A stretch of DNA of 64,000 nt, taken from positions 4,092,001-4,156,000 of the forward strand of contig OZ024761.1 in the NCBI GenBank assembly GCA_964016885.1. The letters run 5' to 3'. Each line of letters starts with the position of its first letter. The stretch's first letter is position 1. The DNA is from Eledone cirrhosa. Lineage: Eukaryota. The translations under genes and the position numbers were made by a program. The notes beneath the pieces are model-generated. The model had not been told where the DNA came from. It saw only the letters and a program-made list of their open reading frames with translations, and did not search any database. Below are positions 53,701 to 64,000 of the stretch, in pieces.

Positions 53701-56700
53701 CCAGGTAGGGACTACTACCTTTAACCCAGGTAGGGACTACTATCTTTAACCCAGGTAGGGACTACCTTTAACCCAGGTAGGGACTACCTTTAACCCAGGT
53801 AGGGACTTCTACCTTTAACCCAGGTAGGGACTACTACCTTTAACCCAGGTAGGGACTACTACCTTTAACCCAGGTAGGGACTACTACCTTTAACCCAGGT
53901 AGGGACTACTACCTTTAACCCAGGTAGGGACTACTATCTTTAACCCAGGTAGGGACTACCTTTAACCCAGGTAGGGACTACCTTTAACCCAGGTAGGGAC
54001 TTCTACCTTTAACCCAGGTAGGGACTACTACCTTTAACCCAGGTAGGGACTACTACCTTTAACCCAGGTAGGGACTACTACCTTTAACCCAGGTAGGGAC
54101 TACTACCTTTAACCCAGGTAGGGACTACTATCTTTAACCCAGGTAGGGACTACCTTTAACCCAGGTAGGGACTACCTTTAACCCAGGTAGGGACTTCTAC
54201 CTTTAACCCAGGTAGGGACTACTACCTTTAACCCAGGTAGGGACTACTACCTTTAACCCAGGTAGGGACTACTACCTTTAACCCAGGTAGGGACTACTAC
54301 CTTTAACCCAGGTAGGGACTACTACCTTTAACCCAGGTAGGGACTACTACCTTTAACCCAGGTAGGGACTACTACCTTTAACCCAGGTAGGGACTATCTT
54401 TAACCCAGGTAGGGACTACTACCTTTAACCCAGGTAGGGACTACTACCTTTAACCCAGGTAGGGACTACTACCTTTAACCCAGGTAGGGACTATCTTTAA
54501 CCCAGGTAGGGACTACTACCTTTAACCCAGGTAGGGACTACTATCTTTAACCCAGGTAGGGACTACTACCTTTAACCCAGGTAGGGACTACTACCTTTAA
54601 CCCAGGTAGGGACTACCTTTAACCCAGGTAGGGACTACTACCTTTAACCCAGGTAGGGACTACTACCTTTAACCCAGGTAGGGACTACCTTTAACCCAGG
54701 TAGGGACTACCTTTAACCCAGGTAGGGACTACTACCTTTAACCCAGGTAGGGACTACTACCTTTAACCCAGGTAGGGACTACTACCTTTAACCCAGGTAG
54801 GGACTACTACCTTTAACCCAGGTAGGGACTACTACCTTTAACCCAGGTAGGGACTACTATCTTTAACCCAGGTAGGGACTACTACCTTTAACCCAGGTAG
54901 GGACTACTATCTTTAACCCAGGTAGGGACTACTACCTTTAACCCAGGTAGGGACTACTACCTTTAACCCAGGTAGGGACTATCTTTAACCCAGGTAGGGA
55001 CTACTATCTTTAACCCAGGTAGGGACTACTATCTTTAACCCAGGTAGGGAATACTACCTTTAACCCAGGTAGGGACTACTACCTTTAACCCAGGTAGGGA
55101 CTATCTTTAACCCAGGTAGGGACTACTACCTTTAACCCAGGTAGGGACTACTACCTTTAACCCAGGTAGGGACTACTATCTTTAACCCAGGTAGGGACTA
55201 CTACCTTTAACCCAGGTAGGGACTACTATCTTTAACCCAGGTAGGGACTACTACCTTTAACCCAGGTAGGGACTACTACCTTTAACCCAGGTAGGGACTA
55301 TCTTTAACCCAGGTAGGGACTACTATCTTTAACCCAGGTAGGGACTACTATCTTTAACCCAGGTAGGGACTACTACCTTTAACCCAGGTAGGGACTACTA
55401 CCTTTAACCCAGGTAGGGACTATCTTTAACCCAGGTAGGGACTACTACCTTTAACCCAGGTAGGGACTACTATCTTTAACCCAGGTAGGGACTACTACCT
55501 TTAACCCAGGTAGGGACTACTACCTTTAACCCAGGTAGGGACTACTACCTTTAACCCAGGTAGGGACTACTATCTTTAACCCAGGTAGGGACTACTACCT
55601 TTAACCCAGGTAGGGACTACTATCTTTAACCCAGGTAGGGACTACTACCTTTAACCCAGGTAGGGACTACTATCTTTAACCCAGGTAGGGACTACTACCT
55701 TTAACCCAGGTGGGGACTACCTTTAACCCAGGTAGGGACTTCTACCTTTAACCCAGGTAGGGACTACTACCTTTAACCCAGGTAGGGACTACTACCTTTA
55801 ACCCAGGTAGGGACTACTACCTTTAACCCAGGTAGGGACTACTACCTTTAACCCAGGTAGGGACTACTACCTTTAACCCAGGTAGGGACTACTACCTTTA
55901 ACCCAGGTAGGGACTATCTTTAACCCAGGTAGGGACTACTACCTTTAACCCAGGTAGGGACTACTACCTTTAACCCAGGTAGGGACTACTACCTTTAACC
56001 CAGGTAGGGACTACTATCTTTAACCCAGGTAGGGACTACCTTTAACCCAGGTAGGGACTACCTTTAACCCAGGTAGGGACTTCTACCTTTAACCCAGGTA
56101 GGGACTACTACCTTTAACCCAGGTAGGGACTACTACCTTTAACCCAGGTAGGGACTACTACCTTTAACCCAGGTAGGGACTACTACCTTTAACCCAGGTA
56201 GGGACTACTATCTTTAACCCAGGTAGGGACTACCTTTAACCCAGGTAGGGACTACCTTTAACCCAGGTAGGGACTTCTACCTTTAACCCAGGTAGGGACT
56301 ACTACCTTTAACCCAGGTAGGGACTACTACCTTTAACCCAGGTAGGGACTACTACCTTTAACCCAGGTAGGGACTACTACCTTTAACCCAGGTAGGGACT
56401 ACTATCTTTAACCCAGGTAGGGACTACCTTTAACCCAGGTAGGGACTACCTTTAACCCAGGTAGGGACTTCTACCTTTAACCCAGGTAGGGACTACTACC
56501 TTTAACCCAGGTAGGGACTACTACCTTTAACCCAGGTAGGGACTACTACCTTTAACCCAGGTAGGGACTACTACCTTTAACCCAGGTAGGGACTACTACC
56601 TTTAACCCAGGTAGGGACTACTACCTTTAACCCAGGTAGGGACTATCTTTAACCCAGGTAGGGACTACTACCTTTAACCCAGGTAGGGACTACTACCTTT

Positions 56701-59700
56701 AACCCAGGTAGGGACTACTACCTTTAACCCAGGTAGGGACTACTATCTTTAACCCAGGTAGGGACTATCTTTAACCCAGGTAGGGACTACTACCTTTAAC
56801 CCAGGTAGGGACTACTACCTTTAACCCAGGTAGGGACTACTACCTTTAACCCAGGTAGGGACTACTATCTTTAACCCAGGTAGGGACTACCTTTAACCCA
56901 GGTAGGGACTACCTTTAACCCAGGTAGGGACTTCTACCTTTAACCCAGGTAGGGACTTCTACCTTTAACCCAGGTAGGGACTTCTACCTTTAACCCAGGT
57001 AGGGACTACTACCTTTAACCCAGGTAGGGACTACTACCTTTAACCCAGGTAGGGACTACTACCTTTAACCCAGGTAGGGACTACTATCTTTAACCCAGGT
57101 AGGGACTACCTTTAACCCAGGTAGGGACTACCTTTAACCCAGGTAGGGACTACTACCTTCAACCCAGGTAGAGACTACTACCTTTAACCCAGGTAGGGAC
57201 TACTACCTTTAACCCAGGTAGGGACTACTACCTTTAACCCAGGTAGGGACTACTACCTTTAACCCAGGTAGGGACTATCTTTAACCCAGGTAGGGACTAC
57301 TACCTTTAACCCAGGTAGGGACTACTACCTTTAACCCAGGTAGGGACTACTACCTTTAACCCAGGTAGGGACTACTACCTTTAACCCAGGTAGGGACTAC
57401 TACCTTTAACCCAGGTAGGGACTACCTTTAACCCAGGTAGGGACTACTACCTTCAACCCAGGTAGGGACTACTATCTTTAACCCAGGTAGGGACTACTAC
57501 CTTTAACCCAGGTAGGGACTACTACCTTTAACCCAGGTAGGGACTACTACCTTTAACCCAGGTAGGGACTACTATCTTTAACCCAGGTAGGGACTACTAT
57601 CTTTAACCCAGGTAGGGACTACTACCTTTAACCCAGGTAGGGACTACTACCTTTAACCCAGGTAGGGACTACTACCTTTAACCCAGGTAGGGACTACTAC
57701 CTTTAACCCAGGTAGGGACTACTATCTTTAACCCAGGTAGGGACTACTATCTTTAACCCAGGTAGGGACTACTACCTTTAACCCAGGTAGGGACTACTAC
57801 CTTTAACCCAGGTAGGGACTACTACCTTTAACCCAGGTAGGGACTACTATCTTTAACCCAGGTAGGGACTACTACCTTTAACCCAGGTAGGGACTACTAC
57901 CTTTAACCCAGGTAGGGACTACTACCTTTAACCCAGGTAGGGACTACTACCTTTAACCCAGGTAGGGACTACTACCTTTAACCCAGGTAGGGACTACTAC
58001 CTTTAACCCAGGTAGGGACTACTACCTTTAACCCAGGTAGGGACTACTACCTTTAACCCAGGTAGGGACTACTATCTTTAACCCAGGTAGGGACTACTAC
58101 CTTTAACCCAGGTAGGGACTACTACCTTTAACCCAGGTAGGGACTACTACCTTTAACCCAGGTAGGGACTACTACCTTTAACCCAGGTAGGGACTACTAC
58201 CTTTAACCCAGGTAGGGACTACTACCTTTAACCCAGGTAGGGACTACCTTTAACCCAGGTAGGGACTACTACCTTTAACCCAGGTAGGGACTACTACCTT
58301 TAACCCAGGTAGGGACTACTACCTTTAACCCAGGTAGGGACTACTACCTTTAACCCAGGTAGTGACTACTACCTTTAACCCAGGTAGGGACTACTACCTT
58401 TAACCCAGGTAGGGACTACTACCTTTAACCCAGGTAGGGACTACTACCTTTAACCCAGGTAGGGACTACTACCTTTAACCCAGGTAGGGACTACTACCTT
58501 TAACCCAGGTAGGGACTACTACCTTTAACCCAGGTAGGGACTACTACCTTTAACCCAGGTAGGGACTACTACCTTTAACCCAGGTAGGGACTACTACCTT
58601 TAACCCAGGTAGGGACTACTACCTTTAACCCAGGTAGGGACTACTACCTTTAACCCAGGTAGGGACTACTACCTTTAACCCAGGTAGGGACTACTACCTT
58701 TAACCCAGGTAGGGACTACTACCTTTAACCCAGGTAGGGACTACTACCTTTAACCCAGGTAGGGACTACTACCTTTAACCCAGGTAGGGACTACTATCTT
58801 TAACCCAGGTAGGGACTACTACCTTTAACCCAGGTAGGGACTACTACCTTTAACCCAGGTAGGGACTACAATCTTTAACCCAGGTAAGGACTACTACCTT
58901 TAACCCAGGTAGGGACTACTACCTTTAACCCAGGTAGGGACTACTATCTTTAACCCAGGTAGGGACTACTACCTTTAACCCAGGTAGGGACTACTATCTT
59001 TAACCCAGGTAGGGACTACTACCTTTAACCCAGGTAGGGACTACTACCTTTAACCCAGGTAGGGACTACTACCTTTAACCCAGGTAGGGACTACTATCTT
59101 TAACCCAGGTAGGGACTACTACCTTTAACCCAGGTAGGGACTACTACCTTTAACCCAGGTAGGGACTACTATCTTTAACCCAGGTAGGGACTACTACCTT
59201 TAACCCAGGTAGGGACTACTACCTTTAACCCAGGTAGGGACTACTATCTTTAACCCAGGTAGGGACTACTATCTTTAACCTAGGTAGGGACTACTACCTT
59301 TAACCCAGGTAGGGACTACTATCTTTAACCCAGGTAGGGACTACTACCTTTAACCCAGGTAGGGACTACTATCTTTAACCCAGGTAGGGACTACTACCTT
59401 TAACCCAGGTAGGGACTACTATCTTTAACCCAGGTAGGGACTACTATCTTTAACCCAGGTAGGGACTACTATCTTTAACCCAGGTAGGGACTACCTTTAA
59501 CCCAGGTAGAGACTACTACCTTTAACCCAGGTAGGGACTACTACCTTTAACCCAGGTAGGGACTACTACCTTTAACCCAGGTAGGGACTACTACCTTTAA
59601 CCCAGGTAGGGACTACTACCTTTAACCCAGGTAGGGACTACTACCTTTAACCCAGGTAGGGACTACCTTTAACCCAGGTAGGGACTACTACCTTTAACCC

Positions 59701-60070
59701 AGGTAGGGACTACTACCTTTAACCCAGGTAGGGACTACCTTTAACCCAGGTAGGGACTACTACCTTTAACCCAGGTAGGGACTACTATCTTTAACCCAGG
59801 TAGGGACTACTACCTTTAACCCAGGTAGGGACTACCTTTAACCCAGGTAGGGACTACCTTTAACCCAGGTAGGGACTTCTATCTTTAACCCAGGTAGGGA
59901 CTACTACCTTTAACCCAGGTAGGGACTACTATCTTTAACCCAGGTAGGGACTACTACCTTTAACCCAGGTAGGGACTACTACCTTTAACCCAGGTAGGGG
60001 CTACCTTTAACCCAGGTAGGGACTACTACCTTTAACCCAGGTAGGGGCTACCTTTAACCCAGGTAGGGAC
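38726..60070. repeat. Satellite of about 21.3 kb, 25-bp monomer aggtagggactactacctttaaccc (about 860 units) with 22-bp deletion variants
   Basis: Directly visible. Confidence 0.99.
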
Positions 60071-60087
60071 TTTCAGCTAAAATATTT

Positions 60088-62092
60088 TAACTCAGTAGAA
60101 TATGTAACTCAGTAGATGTGTGTGTATGTAAGTCAATAGATGTATATGTATGTAACTCAGTAGATGTGTGTATGTAACACAGTAGATGTGTGTATGTAAC
60201 ACAGTAGATGTGTGTATGTAACTCAGTAGATGTGTGTATGTAACGCAGTAGATGTGTGTATGTAACACAGTAGATCTGTGTATGTAACTCAGTAGATGTG
60301 TGTATGTAACACAGTAGATGTGTGTATGTAACACAGTAGATGTGTGTATGTAACACAGTAGATGTGTGTATGTAACACAGTAGATGTGTGTATGTAACTC
60401 AGTAGATGTGTGTATGTAACACAGTAGATCTGTGTATGTAACTCAGTAGATGTGTGTATGTAACTTAGTAGATGTGTGTATGTAACTCAGTAGATGTATA
60501 TGTATGTAACTCAGTAGATGTGTGTGTATGCAACTCAGTATATGTGTGTGTATGTAACACAGTAAATGTGTGTATGTAACTCAGTAGATGTGTGTATGTA
60601 ACTCAGTAGATGTGTGTGTATGTAACTCAGTAGATGTATGTGTGTGTATATAACTCAGTAGATGTGTGTGTATGTAAGTCAGTAGATGTGTATGTATGTA
60701 ACTCAGTAGATGTGTGTGTATGTGTATGTAACACAGTAGATGTGTGTGTATGTAACTCAGTAGCTGTGTGTGTATGTAACTCAGTAGATATGTGTGTATG
60801 TAACTCAGTAGATGTGTATGTATGTGACTCAGTAGATGTGTGTGTATGTAACTCAGTATGAGTTACATACCCACACATCTACTGAGTTACATACACACAG
60901 AACTCCTGAGTTACATACACACGCATCTACTGAGTTACATACACACACATCTACTGAGTTACATACATACACATCTACTGAGTTACATACACACACATCT
61001 ACTGAGTTACATACACACACATCTACTGTGTTACATACACACATCTACTGAGTTACATACACACATTTACTGTGTTACATACACACACATCTACTGAGTT
61101 ACATACACACACATCTACTGAGTTACATACATACACATCTACTGAGTTACATACACACACATCTACAGAGTTACATACACACGCATCTACTGAGTTACAT
61201 ACACACACATCTACAGAGTTACATACATACACATCTACTGAGTTACATACACACGCATCTACTGAGTTACATACACACACATCTACAGAGTTACATACAT
61301 ACACATCTACTGAGTTACATACACACACATCTACAGAGTTACATACATACACATCTACTGAGTTACATACACATACATCTACTAAGTTACATACACACAC
61401 ATCTACTGAGTTACATACACATACATCTACTAAGTTGCATACACACACATCTACTGAGTTACATACACATACATCTACTAAGTTACATACACACACATCT
61501 ACTGTGTTACATACATATACAGTATGTAACTCAGTAGATGTGTGTGTGTGTGTGTGTGTAACACAGTAGATGTGTGTATGTAACACAGTAGATGTGTGTA
61601 TGTAACTCAGTAGATGTGTGTATGTAACTCAGTAGATGTGTGTGTATGTAACTCAGTAGATGTGTGCGTGTGTGTGTGTGTGTGTAACACAGTAGATGTG
61701 TGTATGTAACTCAGTAGATGTGTGTATGTAACTCAGTAGATGTGTGTATGTAACTCAGTAGATGTGTGTGTATGTAACTCAGTAGATGTGTGTATGTAAC
61801 TCAGTAGATGTGTGTGTATGTAACTCAGTAGATGTGTGTGGCTGTAACTCAGTAAATGTATGTGTGTAACTCAGTAGATGTGTGTGTATGTAACTCAGTA
61901 TGAGTTACATACACGCACATCTACAGAGTTACACACGCACATCTACTGAGTTACATACATATACAGTATGTAACTCAGTAGATGTGTGTGTATGTAACTC
62001 AGTAGATGTGTGTATGTAACTCGGTAGATGTGTGTATGTAACTCGGTAGATGTATGTGTGTGTAACTCAGTAGATGTGTATGTATGTAACTA
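60088..62092. repeat. 22/24-bp minisatellite (taactcagtagatgtgtg[tg]tatg) with two internal inverted blocks
   Basis: Orientation flips at about 60858, 61521, 61900 and 61966. Confidence 0.95.
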
Positions 62093-62146
62093 AAGCAGGG
62101 ACCGGCTACATAGCATCTTCCTCTCTAAGATAAACTTGTATATATG

Positions 62147-64000
62147 TATCTATCTATCTATCTAAGGCGGGTAAAATTCCCGAGATCCATGGACGAGTTC
62201 TCTCCAGCGGTCTCTGTCCCTCATTATCGCTGCCATATCCTGCATCTCCAACAGACCAGTGTCTGTCCTTAGGGCATCAACATATGTTAACCTTGGTCTT
62301 CCTCTTCTAGTGTGTCCATGTAGGGGCTCCCAAAGGAGCACTGAGTGCAATGTCAACTCTGGATGTCGGTGAGTATGTCCAGCCAACCTCAGTCTCCTCT
62401 GTGTCACTTTTGAGCTGACTTTTGGGATGCTCCCATACAGCTCTGAGTTTTTCATCCTCAGTGTATACTGATTAATGTTCAGAGCCATCCTCAGCATTCT
62501 CGTGTAGCACCCATCCACCATCTGAGTGAGTCTCTTGGTCAGTGTCCAAGTCTCAGACCCCATACAGCAGCACAGACTCCACTACAGCAATGAAGAGGCG
62601 GATTTTCAGGTCTCTACGAAGGTCCGACTTCCACACCGATCTCAAGCTGTGGCACGCCGCCCAGGCCTTGCTCTTCCTCTCAACCAAATCATCTTCCGTA
62701 TTCCCAATCTTTGCTCCCAAATACAGGAAGTCCTCAACCAATTCCAGCGGCTTCCCACCTACATTAGTGATCCCCTCTGGCTTCTCAACATTCTCTACCA
62801 GATATTTTGTTTTAGTCTCATTCATTCTCAGCCCCACACTCATCGACACAGTCTCAACCTCCCGCATCAAATCCTCTGCCTCCTTCACTGTATTTGTCAC
62901 CAAAACTATGTCGTCGGCAAATTCAGCATCCAATACCTTTTTCGCCCCAACTCTCCTGCTCTGAGCCGGTGCTACAGTAAAGCCAGAGTCCTGGTGTTTC
63001 TCCAGTGCAAGGCGCATACAATAGTCCACTACGATGACAAAAAGGTAGGGAGCCAATGTATCTCCCTGGAGCACTCCAGCCAGTATCTCAAAGAACTCTG
63101 TCATCCCATCAGGTGTAATGACTTGGGCTTTGGTGTTGGTGTAGAGCAGTGATATCAGGTCCACTATCCTCTTGGGGATTCCATAAGCCTGTAAGATCTT
63201 CATCAGGCAGTACCGGTCCACAGAATCAAAGGCCTTCCTAAAGTCAATGAAAACCATGACCGCAGGAAGGCACTTTGCTCTAGCTCCCTCTAATATCCTC
63301 CTCAGCATCAGGATGTGACTGGTGGTTGATCTACCCTCTCTGAAGCCGTTCTGATTGTCCCTGAGCTTCTTCTCCATCTCAGGCTGGATCCTGTTAAGAA
63401 TCATCCTGTTGAGGGTCTTTGCCACAAGTGACGTCAGTGAGATCCCCCGGTAGTTGTTGGTGTTAGAGAGATCTCCCTTCTTTGGCACTGGGACGATGTT
63501 ACTGATCCTCCACTGATTCGGGGCAACTCCTTTCTCCAGTGCCCCGTTACAGAACCCCAGGATGATATCATCAAAATCACACCTCTTCATCACCTCTGAT
63601 GCCACTCCATCTTCTCCATGAGCCTTGCCCTCCTTGATCTTCTTCTTGGCTCTCTGAAGCTCCTCTCTGGTGAAGGGCTCTGTCTCAACATCCAGTTCCT
63701 CAAACAACCGCCTGATCTCCCCAGTTCTCTGGGCTGTGGAGGGTGGCTCTCCTAGTAGGGTCCTAAAATGGTCTAGCCATTTCCTCTTCCTATCCTCAGG
63801 CCCCGTTCCCTGGATCTGACTCGAACACCTTTTCTTCCTCCCTGTGATCTCGTTGATGATCATCCAGCTCTCCTTACATCCAGATCTGTCAACCGCTCTC
63901 TCCACACTTCTGATCTTCTCTATCAGTGCCTCCTCTCTGACCTCAGTGTAAGCGGTACAGAGCTCTTCCCTCATCACCTCCACAGTCTCCATCCTCTCCT
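62147..64000 (-). mobile_element. RTE/RTEX-like LINE RT region with one frameshift near 62560 and a (TAGA)n tail right after the stop; runs off the window end
   Basis: VPVPKKGD, NYRGISL, QNGFREGRS, FIDFRKAFDSV, GVLQGDTLAPYLF, FADD, FLYLG, GSETW and GRPRLTY motifs. Confidence 0.92.

Noticed and set aside
38726-60070. True telomere, or an array of recursive splice sites (cccAG|GTaggg)
   Set aside because: No tandem TTAGGG hexamers; the AG|GT motif is on the strand opposite Mondo

Overview
Repeat-dense animal genomic DNA. The SINE/RTE repertoire and (TA)n richness suggest an octopus or other coleoid cephalopod (inference). Two minus-strand exons of a Mondo/MLXIP-ChREBP family gene (22444-22550 and 4956-5029) have canonical splice sites and splice in frame, so most or all of the window is intron of that gene. 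The introns hold a decayed Ty3/Gypsy element with both LTRs and a TSD, two maT/Tc1-mariner relics, RTE, CR1-like and Tx1-like LINE fragments, tRNA-derived SINEs, six minisatellite/satellite arrays (including about 21 kb of a 25-bp satellite after a 200-N gap) and many microsatellites. The main non-obvious signal is a cluster of type I hammerhead-ribozyme motifs: six with intact cores in four families, plus degenerate or half copies. They lie in short fold-back elements among (TA)n tracts that resemble Penelope-like pseudo-LTRs or retrozyme-like elements. One has an unusual branched stem II, and nearly all are antisense to the host gene. All calls were made by eye; no folding, alignment or database search was run.
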